From contig NW_021835992.1 in NCBI RefSeq assembly GCF_006345805.1, positions 310,001-374,000 on the forward strand: a stretch of 64,000 nucleotides of DNA. Direction: 5' to 3'. Below are positions 51,545 to 63,706 of this stretch, one piece after another. The stretch comes from Octopus sinensis. Lineage: Eukaryota. The first letter of the stretch is position 1; each line of letters starts with the position of its first letter. Position numbers and translations under genes: made by a program. The notes below the pieces were generated by a model, which did not search any database, had not been told where the DNA came from, and was given only the letters and a program-made list of their open reading frames with translations.

Positions 51545-52800
51545 TCAGATGAACATTTGTATATTCGTCGACATGTAAAGGGGGGACAACCACCTGCGCA
51601 CTCTGCCCCTCGAGTGACCACATCCTCGCATACCCAAACTCATCAACTGTACAACATCACCACAATACTACCAGACGTGACCAAATTACAACTCTCTTCA
51701 TATTCAAAAATACTCCCCTTTAACTTGGAAGTAGAATGGCCTCGGAACGTCGACAAAATACGGGAAGGAAAACGCAAATCATAGGAAAACAACTGAGAAT
51801 CAGATCCACACAGCACTCGAGGACTCGTCCTTACCTCCAACTGATAGTGCAGAGAACGGACAAGTCTCTTACAATGAAATTCGACACATTTGTGGTTCTC
51901 ATTACATCTCAAGTCAAAAATCTGTATTTTCGAGTCACGTGCACTGACCGAGTGAAGAATATGTTGTCCCTTGTCTTAAGGATTGGCTCGTACCTCAAAA
52001 CCGACTCCGTTGGATCCGTATTTCAGCTTGACGTCGTTTCCAGCAAAATCGTGGAGTACAACGCAATTCATATGGGCCAGTGCCAATTTATTATTGAAGG
52101 ACAACGAACGGGCGGGGTCCTCCATCCTGTGAATTTGCATGTCGGCAACAAGGAGACGGGACTTGTCCAAAACAACGACAATCCACTCCAGTCTGAGTAA
52201 AATGACCACGGTGACCAGATCCTCCAAAGACTGAGGGGGAGGCGACAGAGGGCAGCCCCCAATGAAACAAACATCCGAGACATAGTTCCCGTAGTAAATG
52301 AAATCGATAGGAGGGAACGGATTCACCGTGAAATCACGGTCGACCGTATAAAAATGAGCGTGATAAGAGTCGTGGTAGAACAGGATGTCTCCGTCGGGGG
52401 AAATAAATGTAGAGCCCGCCCTCCACTCTCGATCTATTTTCTCTCGTTATTTTAGGGGGACCAACTCGGGGCTTTTTGCTTTTCAATGCTCTGGCTGAAT
52501 TGATAAAGACATTTCCCATAGACATTTCGTATTCAGATTGGATAATATCATTTACAAATTTTTTAATCTACTATTACTATATGAAACTACCGAAGGATAA
52601 TGTTTTTGGACGACAGATGAGAGCTTTTCGGCTTTAAAATTTATGACCTTCCCTGGGTTCACATCTTCAGATTCAACGTCAATCTTGTAGTAGCGATTGG
52701 TATCAGGATTAAAAAAGTACCCGTCGAGTTCTACTTTTTTTTAAAAGATTACTTCGATCAAAGTCAAAGTATGTGTCGGAAACATTTTTGGTGGTGTCAT
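51545..52800 (-). CDS. DCAF4: DCAF4-like WD40 protein (CRL4 substrate receptor)
   Basis: N-terminal LDGYFFNPDTNRYYKI, DSKIQIFDLR, LFSYDLRF...FRGH, LVTS|VDEFGYARMWSL (25-nt intron); start codon not pinned. Confidence 0.7.
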
Positions 52801-53739
52801 GCAGCAGTGCTCTGTACAAATGATCAGGTTGTACGCTATCAAATATTTAGTGACCAATACTATAGAGTAGACATGGATATCCCACCACAGTCAATAAAAT
52901 TTGAGTTTATTTAATAACGTGCAATAATCAAATTTTATTTGTTTTATTAATAAATTAGACATTAAAAAATGGACTGGTGTTATTCAGTCAGTCGTCGGTT
53001 GCTAAAGTCTTTTCAGTTGTTGAGTTCTGCTGGCTGTCAAACACAAAAGAGCAAGAAAAACGACTTAGATTGTCGAAATCAACTAATTCACTACAATATA
53101 CTTATTATGAATATTTTCCGAAGATGCCGTATTAATAAAAAAAATATTTTCCACTCTTGTTGTGTAATCGCATGTCAAAGGAGTCTCGTCTATGTTGCTA
53201 TTCCTACCAAGTGGAAATTAGCAATCTTTCGTTTTTTATCACATAGAATTGGAATTCCATATTTTAGTTTAGGTCAGTCTTCAGAACATCACTGTCAAAA
53301 CCTTTAGAAATATCTCAATGGAAGCGATGACTGTTTGTTTTGGCGGTTTTCTCTCATTGAAGCCGTCCAGGACAAATTTAAAGAGTTGTTAGGTTTCGTT
53401 TTCCTTTACTGTTTGGAAAGTACACATATCAATATGATTGACAAAATTTTAAAACTGATTTGAATCTGAAAAATTTTATCAAATCGAATCTTCCTTTAGG
53501 GCCGTTGAAATTTGCTTTGATGTCTAATCCAAAATTGGAAATTTACATATTAATTCATTGTTGATCAGAACGTTGTCTGCTCTTACATCTCCATGAACCA
53601 AATTCAGCCGATAAATGTAATACATTTCACTTGAAAACAAAAACATTATTTATGCTAAAAAATTAGATAAAATTGATGATTATGAATGAGTTTCCATTCT
53701 CCCGACCTCAACTATATTTGCAAACTTGCCGTCATTATT

Positions 53740-53845
53740 ACCGATTACGGATGAAGAGATTATTCAAAGCCATACAACTGCAATGGGCATCAGATATGCT
53801 GAAGGTATTGTCGTAGCTGTTGACAGCCGAATAACTCTGCCGGCC
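53740..53845 (+). pseudogene. Proteasome beta-subunit N-terminal fragment
   Basis: HTTAMGIRYAEGIVVAVDSRIT matches the Ntn-hydrolase TT...G(V/I)VxxxDSR start; downstream not coherent. Confidence 0.5.
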
Positions 53846-54259
53846 TTTAATTTATCTAACCTCATTCCCCATGAAATTGGGAGGAATTCGGCACGAAGAA
53901 AACCGACAGTCCTCTTATGGTCACACCATAAGTTAAAGAGTGAGTTAATCTCATATGACCTTCTTATAGCGGTGAGATTTTTGCAATCCAGGATGTGTGT
54001 GTCGTCCGTAATGGGAGATTTGTATTCGATTGAAGCACGCTAGCGGTGCATTTCTTGTGGTGTCCATTTCTTTTTTGAGACTTAACCAAATATAAGAGCT
54101 ATTCATCTGGTCAACGTGGCCGCTCTAATGGAGTCACCAGATCTGTATTTACATAAAAATCGCCCACAGTAGTCCCTCGGGGTAACACTCCTACGGCTAC
54201 AAAGCCGGCAGATCCAAAACAATTACACCATTTCCAATCCAAAGCGTTGGAATGAGATA

Positions 54260-54390
54260 AATATTCTCCAATTGAACATCAACGGAATCCAAAACAAATT
54301 CATAGAGCTCAAACACTTTATTATCTCAAACAACACCGACATTTTCTTAATACAAGAAAGCAAATTAAATGAAAAACACAAAATGCCGGC
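54260..54390 (+). mobile_element. LINE APE endonuclease N-terminal relic
   Basis: NILQLNINGIQNKFIELKHFIISNNTDIFLIQESKL. Confidence 0.7.
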
Positions 54391-54499
54391 ATTTAAAGTA
54401 ATGTATACTATTTACTCAATTTAGGTTTTGACACAGAAAAAAAATATATCAGTTATCCAAAAATTTAGTAATTTAGTAATGAGCTTTTGTCTCGTCCGT

Positions 54500-54910
54500 C
54501 TCCTTGAGCTACACACTTGTCATGGAAATTCTACGCTCCTTGGATGTGGCTCATTTCAACGAAGTCTGGAGGGAACAAGGTCTTGACTTTCCAGAAAATC
54601 GAATGTCTCAACGAGCCTGGGATCGAATTAGATGCAAGCAAATCTTCAATCTGCTTCTCGAGTCGTCCAACCAACACCGCCGCGCTTGCCTTCTTTCGGC
54701 AGCATCCCCGGCTAGTGGAGCTTGGCTTTGTGCATTCCCGAACATCTGGCACTCTCCTTGACGATGAAGCGGTAAGGATCGGAATCTTTCTGCGCCTTGG
54801 ACTCAGGCAATGTGTCCCGCACACGTGTCGTTGTGGCTGCACTGTTGACCCTTTCGGTCTGCATCCTTTATCGTGCAGGAGGAGTGCTGGACGTTTTCCG
54901 AGGCCTTCCC
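54500..54910 (+). mobile_element. CRE family B middle fragment
   Basis: SGAWLCAFP, LLDDEAVRIGIFLRLG, CRCGCTVDPFGLHPLSCRRSAGRFPR. Confidence 0.85.
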
Positions 54911-55196
54911 GATGTTAATAATTGTCGTATGTCATAAGAACCCGGGTCGTTGATACTGTTCAGTAGCACTTTTGACTAAATTGAAAAAATAAGTCGAAAA
55001 ATTTTAGTTGGTTAATGTTTTCAAGTGATCAGTCGATCTTATCAGCCCGGACACTATGACATACGACAATAATTAATATATATCGGTCTGAATGTAAAAT
55101 ATATAAATTATTGTTGGGTTGATCTATTGAAATGCCAGTTAAAGTGATAGATAAATGTAATCCAGAACATTCCAAGACAAATTTAATGGTCCCAAC
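54901..55196 (+). repeat. Left arm of an inverted duplication (partner 63707-64000)
   Basis: Reverse complement of 63707-64000; I found only two homopolymer-length differences; the match runs to the window end. Confidence 0.95.
54923..55068. mobile_element. 146-bp TGT...ACA MITE with 5-bp TSD (copy at 63835-63978)
   Basis: TIR TGTCGTATGTCATA; TSD ATAAT at 54918-54922 and 55069-55073. Confidence 0.88.
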
Positions 55197-56988
55197 GAAT
55201 TTATTTTTTGATAAAATTCTAACGTATATGGAGTAAGACTATTTCCTTAGATCTTCTATTTGAACTAAATTAAGTGATCTGGGACGGGAACACAAACAAC
55301 AAATAAGCAAAAACCACTGTCAAAGCTTCTATTTTGAAAAAGAATCCAAGGCCTTTGGTATATCAAAAGAAGGATGTGTTTTCATTCTATACTTATAACT
55401 AGGGCAACCAGAAATATGACCTTAAAAAAGTTAAATATGACCGTAAAAAATATGACTTTATGACTTTAAAATTCTAAAATATAACTTAAAAATATTAAAA
55501 TATGACCTAAAAAATCAAAATATGACCTATCGAATTTTGATTTTTAGATATTCTGAATTTGAAAATATGAAAAAATTAAACATTTCAATCAATGAGTTTA
55601 TTATAATATTGCATCATATAATATTTAATATTTTCTGGCTTGAAGTTTCTATCCTTTTCGAGCAATTTATTCAGCATAGAAAAGCTTCTTTCTGCAGATA
55701 TTGATGTTGAAGGACATTTCCATAAGTAAATAAATGTTTCTGGAGAAATACTAGAAATTCTAGCATTTTTAATATTCGTCCATGGTAACATACTTATCCG
55801 CTTTAAAAAATACTTGTTGATGTTACAATTGTCCTCACCAAAATTAACGGAATCAATGAATTCAATTGCATCTTTAATTGTATAAAATTTTTCTTGGCAT
55901 TTTCTGATTTCATCAATAATAGGGTTGTATGAAGCCATTAACTCTGCCAGATTTTTCTCCAAATTTTCAGAGCTAACAGCATTTTTCGCATTCATCACAA
56001 TCTTTCACAATTTGGATAGGATAAGACAATTTTGCGAACTCTTGAAAGATGTCGACTATAATATTTTGCTGCGTCCAACCAGCTGCCCCATCTTGTTAGA
56101 ACAACATCAGGTGGAAGTCCAATAACTGTAAAAAGACTCCTCCGGGAGGGATTTTTTACAATCGACATTTTGATAGACGAGATTAAGTCGTCAATATATT
56201 TATAATGTGCTCTAATCTTTAATGCACAATTGTGCAGAAGATGAGCAAAACAAGTTATATGAATCATTTTAATATACACAATCTTCAATGTACTCGCTGC
56301 TAAAGTCATATAACGGGCAGCATCAGAAATAAATAATAATAAATTTTCCCTTTTTATATCATAAATTCGAATTGTGTCATCCGCAATTCTACAAATTGCA
56401 GATGCATCACAAATTTCAATTTCCAAACAATTTAATAAATAAATTTTTTCAGGACTTTCAATAGTCCCACAAAAAACGTTAACAAATTTCTGTTTATTGA
56501 TTTCCGTTTCATCAACAAGTATTAATACAGTAAAACCTCTCGAATCCGCCGATTTTGGTTGCTAAATAATGGAAATTGTTTTAAAAACAATTTCATCTCG
56601 AATATTTTTGAAGGTTTTATTTAATATATAAAAATAAAATGTCATCGTTTGGGACCGATCAAAAAATCGCCGGATTCGAGAGGCAATTTAAATAATATTT
56701 TATAGTTGAAACATGAACTTACAATATAGATTAAGTATTTCTTTTTATATACAAATGACTGAATACATAAAATTATTTATATTCAAAAAAATCAGAAATT
56801 TTATTTTTTTTAATCGATTTTCTTAACATTTCCCCAATTCTCATAATATTTTAACGTTTCATGATCATCTATATCTGCATTTACCTGAGAAGCATAAGTT
56901 TTAATAATCTCTAGAGCTCTGAAGGCTTCTGAGAGATCAACTTTTTTCTCATTTGAATTCCTCTTCAATAATTGTTTCCTAAGTATAA

Positions 56989-59900
56989 TCTTAATAATAA
57001 AATGGTATGGTGTGTGTCTGTCTGTCTGTCTGTGTGTCCTGTCTGTCCTGTCTGTCTGTCTGTGTCTGTCTGTCTGTGCACACCCACATTCAAATTGTTA
57101 CAAACCAGATCAAATTGTCAAACCTTCCCTTTTGTTTATTCGATAATGAGGCACAATAAAAGGTTGATATCCTCTAAGAACCTTCCTGTCAAAAAATTTA
57201 ATAAGAAAGAATATCCTCGACGATGAGGTCCCCCAAAACCTTCAGTCAAAAAATTAAAAACAAATTATTTTCTGCGTTTTTGTTAAAATGAACAATAAGA
57301 AAGTCCTCGACTCACATGGTGTGGTCCCCCAAAACCTTCGAGCTCTTAATAATAAAATGGTATGGTGTGTGTCTGTCTATGTGTCTGTCTGTCTGTCTGT
57401 GCACACCCACATTCAAATTGTTACAAACCAGATCAATTGTCAAACCTTCCCTTTTGTAGTTATTCGATAATGAGGCACAATAAAAGGTTGATATCCTCTA
57501 AGAACCGTCCTGTCAAAAATTTTAATAAGAAAGAATATCCTCGATGATGAGGTCCCCCAAAACCTTCAAGCCAAAAAATTAAAAAAAATTATTTTCTGCG
57601 TTTTTGTTAAAATGAACAACAAGAAAGTCCTCGACTCACATGATGTGGTCCCCCAAAACCTTCAAGCCAAAAAATTAAAAAAATTATTTTCTGCGTTTTT
57701 GTTAAAATGAACAACAAGAAAGTCCTCGACTCACATGATGTGGTCCCCCAAAACCTTCAAGCCAAAAAATTAAAAAAATTATTTTCTGCGTTTTTGTTAA
57801 AATGAACAACAAGAAAGTCCTCGACTCACATGATGTGGTCCCCCAAAACCTTCAAGCCAAAAAATTAAAAAAAATTATTTTCTGCGTTTTTGTTAAAATG
57901 AACAACAAGAAGTCCTCGACTCACATGATGTGGTCCCCCAAAACCTTCAAGCAAAAAATTAAAAAAATTATTTTCTGCGTTTTTGTTAAAATGAACAACA
58001 AGAAAGTCCTCGACTCACATGATGTGGTCCCCCAAAACCTTCAAGCCAAAAAATTAAAAAAAATTATTTTCTGCGTTTTTGTTAAAATGAACAACAAGAA
58101 AGTCCTCGACTCACATGATGTGGTCCCCCAAAACCTTCAAGCTAAAAAATTAAAAAAATTATTTTCTGCGTTTTTGTTAAAATGACCAACAAGAAAGTCC
58201 TCGACTCACATGATGTGGTCCCCCAAAACCTTCAAGCCAAAAAATTAAAAAAAAATATTTTCTGCGTTTTTGTTAAAATGAACAACAAAAAGTCCTCGAC
58301 TCACATGATGTGGTCCCCCAAAACCTTCAAGCCAAAAAATTAAAAAAAAAATTTTTTCTGCGTTTTTGTTAAAATGAACGACAAGAAAGTCCTCGACTCA
58401 CATGATGAGGTCCTCCACAACCTTCAAGCCTCGTGGAGGCCATTAATTAGCTTAGCTATCTTTTTTCGATGACATAAATTCTTTTTTGTTAAATTTTCGT
58501 TAAAAAAATAAAATAAAAGCTCTAATTGTTATCGACCATGAATAGACTGTGCAATTATCAGATTTTGAAAACCACTAAAAAGGAAAAAGCAAAAATTATT
58601 AGAGATTTACATAATTGATTCTTTTTAACTGCCGAAACTGACAAATTCGATTATGCTACTGTTTAGTTTCTTTAAAAGATAGAGGCAAATAAAATTTAAA
58701 TTAGTCATGTAAATTTCAATTTGCCTATATTTAAATCTCCTTGATTTAACAGGCTTTAATTTTTTTCCTTATAATACTACAAAGATGAAGCTGATTATCA
58801 TTTTCTTTACCGAAACAGACAAGTTCGATTATGCTAAAGTTTCAATTCCTTTAAACATAGAGGCAATTAAGTATAATGGCTTTGATTGGATAATACACTT
58901 TACATAAATTTCACTAAATAAATTTACGTAGAAAATTTAATATAAATTACTGATTCGCGTTTACAAAATCATAAGAATGTCCTATAAAGAGAGATCTGAG
59001 AATGTTAACAAACAAGAGAATATGAACCATATAACAAAAAAAGAAACGAGGGAAGATGTGCTTAAATGGTGAGGGAACTTAGACAACAGCTGAACAAGGT
59101 CAGGACTGCTGTTAGACTCAACTACGGTAATAGAATTATGCATTCTAGGTTAATTGTTTGGGATGAATGTACGATGGCTCATAAAGGCGCATTCAAGCAG
59201 TTGACCGAACATATAGAGATATCAAGAATTGTAGCGACCATTTGTTTGGGGGAGCATTAGTTGTATTGGCAGGTGATTTTAGACAGACGCTGCCAATTAT
59301 TCAAAGAGGGACGCCTGCGGATGAATTGAATGCCTGCCTCAAATCGTCATATTTGTGGACACACGTGAAAAAGGTAAGCTTAGATGTAAATGTACATGCA
59401 CATTTACAAGGCGTTAATAGCATATTCCCACAAATCCTTCTAGATATTGGAAATGGGGCAATCACTTCAGAAATGCACGACCAGAAAATTAGGCTACCGG
59501 AAGAATTATGTATTTTCGTAGAAACAGCAGAAGAATTATTGAATGCCGTCTATTCCGAACTATCTGAACACTACGTGAATTTCGACTGGCTGCGTGAACG
59601 AGCTATATTAGCTCCACTTAATGATGAGGTACTTAATATAAATTTAGATTTATTAATGAAAATCCCTGGCAGAGAAAGAATATATAAATCGGTCGACGTT
59701 ATTATGGACCATGAAAGGGCCTGCGATAGATTTAAGAGACTACAATTTCCGCTGAAGATAAGTTTTGCTATGACAATAAACAAGGCCCAGGGACAGTCTT
59801 TAAAGGTAGTAGGCTTATTTTTAGAGAACGAGTGCTTTTCACATGGCCAGCTGTATGTGGGGTGCTCAAGGGTAGGTAGAAGAGAAATTTATTTATATTT

Positions 59901-60080
59901 GCCAAGGATGGACGGACTGCAAACATCGTTTATCCACAGGCCTTAGAATAAGGTTATATCAAAGCAGGTCGCATTTATATATCTACATAAATTTATAGTT
60001 ATTTAAGGAAACTGCGAGCGTAGCGAGCAGGGCCTCCGCAGGAGCTAGCTCGCAGTGAGCGAAGCGAACTGCTGAGCTAG
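56989..60080 (+). mobile_element. Defective Helitron
   Basis: 5' TC after A, 3' GCAGT...ACTGC hairpin then CTAG before T; (GTCT)n near the 5' end; PIF1 helicase remnants IVWDECTM, LAGDFRQTLP, FAMTINKAQGQS, GQLYVGCSRV (59066-59946). Confidence 0.92.
57540..58430 (+). repeat. Tandem array of a ~95-96-bp unit (about 9 copies) inside the Helitron
   Basis: Unit AAGAAAGTCCTCGACTCACATGATGTGGTCCCCCAAAACCTTCAAGCC...GTTAAAATGAACAAC starts at 57621, 57716 and 57811, among others. Confidence 0.95.
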
Positions 60081-62182
60081 TTATTAAATAAAATCACTAA
60101 CTGATTGAACTTTTTTTGACTGTAATGTACCAGCTTGTTCAGATTTGTCTAAAAATTCGATTAGCTCTTCATTTTCAGTATATCCGTAATCAACAAATTC
60201 ACTATGAGATATTGGATCTTCAATTTGAAATTTCTTAATTATTTCTTCATAATTATTTTCGTAGTTCTTAGATTCACTGTTGATTGTGATTGTTTCACAT
60301 TTTATCCATTGTGCATGACGGAAACAATTTTTGATGGTCGTAGGAGTAACTTTATTCCAAGCGAAGAATGTTAATGTCTCAGCAGTTTTAAGGGTGATTC
60401 CGTTAATTGCATTCTGACAATTTTCCCCTGCCTCAACCTTTTCGATTATATCATTTATTTTCAAATTGGTAAATTCGGCTTTAAAGCATTTTATAATTCC
60501 TTGATCCATTGGTTGCAAGAGCGAGGATGTTCTAGAAGGCAAAAAAAGAATTTCAATTGAGTTTAACGTGACAATAATTTGATGAGATGGACATTCTATT
60601 ACAAGTAGAATTTTTCTTTTTTTCTTCGCAAGTTCACAATCAAAATCACTGAGCCACTTGTTAAAAATTTCACGGTTCATCCATGCCTTATTGGAATGGG
60701 TGTAGGTAACATATTTTCCAATGTTGAAATTTTTAAAACACCTTGGACTTTTGAATCTTCCTATCATTACAGGCCTTCTTTTATCGGAACCAGAACAATT
60801 TGCGCATAATAGTAACGAAAATCGATCCTTTGACAACTTTATTCCAGGCCGTGATTTAATGCACACACTTTTGGAAGGAATCACCTTGTAAAAAACACCA
60901 GTTTCATCTGCATTATAAACATTGTCCAATCCATATTGTTCAATTTTTAAACTCATTGTTTCATTAAAATCAGTAATAGATTTTTCATCATGATTTACTA
61001 ATCCACTGTCTCCGTGAAATTTTCTTAACTTGACACCATTTCGTAATTTAAACTTTTCTGGCCACCCACGACTTGCTTTAAATTCTGGAAAATTTTTTCC
61101 AAATTTAAGAGCTTTTGTAATTAACATCGAATCTGATAGAATTGCTCCACTAGATTCCATTAAGTTAATCCATGTTATCATCGCTACATCATTTTATTAA
61201 ATTTGAGTTTTGGAATTCTCGTTATGTTTAATTTTTTGATGTCAGTCCTATTCAAAAGGTCCGATTTTGATTTAAGGTCGTTTATAGTTCTGGGAGAAAT
61301 TTTCTTTTTAAACCGTGAAGAAAAAATCCTGGAAATTTGAGGTGCAGAAACGAATGGGTTGTCAGAAATATAACGTAGTATAGAAATTTTTTCGTTGATA
61401 GAAAGTCTAACACAACGACGCCTCACAAAAATACAATTTAACGTGTAATGAGAATTTTAAAATGTTAATTAATTTAACATACAATTAGATAAAAAAATTA
61501 TTTTTCATAATACTTGAGGAGCGGATTCGAGAAACAAGCGGATTCAAGAATCATTTATAGGAAATTTCAAATTTTTGATTAAAACAAGCGGATTCGAGAA
61601 GCAGGGATTCGAGAGGTTTCACTGTTATCTTTCCAGTTAAAGAGGTATATTCGCCTTCGTCATCATTTTGACTAAGCAAATTCCGAAATTTTTCTTTGCT
61701 TCAAGTTTCGGAAGAGTGTTGAGTTGCGTTTGAAATTTTGTCTGTTTCTTTTTATGCCGGGTAGTTTCCCTGTGCTGCACCACATTAAACGTTTTCCTAA
61801 AATTAACAAAAACTGAGCATTTCAAACAAAATAAACGTCCAGCTGAATCAATCTGAAATTCAGACGGGTATCGTTTAATTATTTTATTTAACTTTTGATT
61901 GTTAGATTGCTTTTGTTTCGGCATGTAAAAATCTATAATATTTAAGCGGCCAACTACCAAAACGGTGAAAAACGTGTTATTGTCAAAATTTAAACAAAGA
62001 TTAATAAAAATATATGATTTAATAAATATGACCTAACAAAAAAAATATGACCTAAAAAATAATATGACTAACGGCATAAAATATGACCTATAAGACCTAA
62101 AAAATTAATAAAACTATTAAAAAATATAATAATAGTTTATTAATTATAGAAATAACATCAATATGACCAATAAAAAATAATA

Positions 62183-63674
62183 TGTCACATGGGCGACTAT
62201 GTCGCTATGGGCAGCCAGTCCTTTTACGTGTTTCTATGGAAACCGCAGAAAAGGTATTAAATATTGAATATAGCAATTTATATATGGAAGAGTGTAGATT
62301 AATCAATTATTCTAATTAAAAATTACATTTGAATTATCTTTTAAAAATGGCTTACCCAAAAGTATATTAATTTTAACAGCGTGGTCTCTCACATTTTGTG
62401 ATGTCTGGGTTTAAGGGTTACGTCAGAAATATTAACGAATACAATCAAATTAAAGAAACGTTAATCGGGATATTCCCTGAGGATATGAATGCTCGAAGCA
62501 AACACCGGTTGGCCAAAAAAGCTTCCAATTTTTGTCAATACAATCAAATTAAGGAAACGTTAATCGGGATATTCCCTGAGGATATGAATGCTCGAAGCAA
62601 ACACCGGTTGGCCAAAAAAGCTTCCAATTTTTGTCAAAAATGTCTGAAGAATCGTCAGCAGAAACATCATTTAATTTCGAGTTAGGGTTAAGGTTAGGGT
62701 TCAGATTTTGAATATATTTATGTTGTCACTTGCCAACGTTAGGGTTTAGGTTAAGGTTAGGGTTCAGATTTTGAATATATTTATGTTGTCACTTGCCAAC
62801 GTTAGGGTTAAGGTTAGGGTTCAGATTTTGAATATATTTATGTTGTCATTTGCCAACGTTAGGGTTTAGGTTAAGGTTAGGGTTCAGATTTTGAATATAT
62901 TTATGTTGTCACTTGCCAACGTTAGGGTTTAGGTTAAGGTTAGGGTTCAGATTTTGAATATATTTATGTTGTCATTTGCCAACGTTAGGGTTTGGGTTAA
63001 GGTTAGGATTCAGATTTTGAATATATTTATGTTGTCATTTGCCAACGTTAGGGTTAAGGTTAGGATTCAGATTTTGAATATATTTATGTTGTCACTTGCC
63101 AACGTTAGGGTCTAGGTTAAGGTTAGGATTCAGATTTTGAATATATTTATGTTGTCACTTGCCAACGTTAGGGTTTGGGTTAAGGTTAGGATTCAGATTT
63201 TGAATATATTTATGTTGTCACTTGCCAACGTTAGGGTTAAGGTTAGGATTCAGATTTTGAATATATTTATGTTGTCACTTGCCAACGTTAGGGTTAAGGT
63301 TAGGATTCAGATTTTGAATATATTTATGTTGTCATTTGCCAACGTTAGAATTTGGGTTAAGGTTAGAGTTAAAGTTGTTACAAACTTTGCAAAAAATTTG
63401 ATGTAAATTATAATTTGCTAATTTTGCAATTTATATTATCAAAAATAAAAATAATTCACATTATAATTTGCTAATGTTGTAAATAATTTTACTATTTTAA
63501 AGCAAGCATGGTTCAAATATAAAACATCATTTTCTCAAAAATTTAAAGTTCAATCATTAGTTCGGATCGTTTGTGTTTATATTAGTTGGCCTTTTAGTAA
63601 ATATTTGCTATGTAGTTGCCATGGAAACACGTAAAGGCCAGGTTGCCCATAGGGGTCTGATCACCCATGTGACA
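62183..63674 (+). mobile_element. 1.49-kb non-autonomous Ginger-like element in the hAT subterminal region
   Basis: About 60-bp imperfect TIR TGTCACATGGG; TSD TAATA (62178-62182, 63675-63679); internal YNQIKETLIGIFPEDMNARSKHRLAKKASNF (99-bp tandem duplicate), similar to GIN/Ginger integrase N-termini. Confidence 0.85.
62681..63370 (+). repeat. TTAGGG-containing minisatellite, 57/63-bp units, 11 full copies plus a partial
   Basis: GTTAGGGTT[TAGGTT]AAGGTTAGG(G/A)TTCAGATTTTGAATATATTTATGTTGTCA(C/T)TTGCCAAC. Confidence 0.95.
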
Positions 63675-63706
63675 TAATATGACTTATATGACTTTTGGTT
63701 GCCCTA

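Larger units (their letters stand above)
56528..61624 (-). mobile_element. Tigger/pogo element with near-complete transposase (60084-61426), interrupted by a Helitron
   Basis: TIRs CAGT(A/G)AAACCTCTCGAATCC; VYNADETG, SNKAWM, LQPMDQGII; C-terminal remainder at ~56810-56988. Confidence 0.92.
55400..63706 (-). mobile_element. hAT element (CGGBP1-like transposase) hosting nested insertions
   Basis: TIR TAGGGCAACCA at 55400 and its inverse ending at 63706; AAATATGAC subterminal arrays; N-terminal CLKC..H..H finger at 61637-61924, LVDETE, ISDAARYM, CFAHLLH, TRWGSW, SAERSFS at 55585-56527. Confidence 0.88.

Noticed and set aside
51736-52200. 154-aa plus-strand ORF
   Set aside because: It is antisense to the DCAF4-like exons and has no motif of its own.
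57540-58430. Regular repeat array resembling CRISPR; ORF 57802-58185
   Set aside because: The units are contiguous near-identical tandem copies without unique spacers, the context is eukaryotic with no cas genes, and the ORF is only a translation of the repeat.
62681-63406. True chromosome end, or CDS 63137-63406
   Set aside because: The array is interstitial and bounded by a TIR/TSD pair. Several 63-bp units carry an in-frame TAG, so the ORF arises only because unit lengths are multiples of three.
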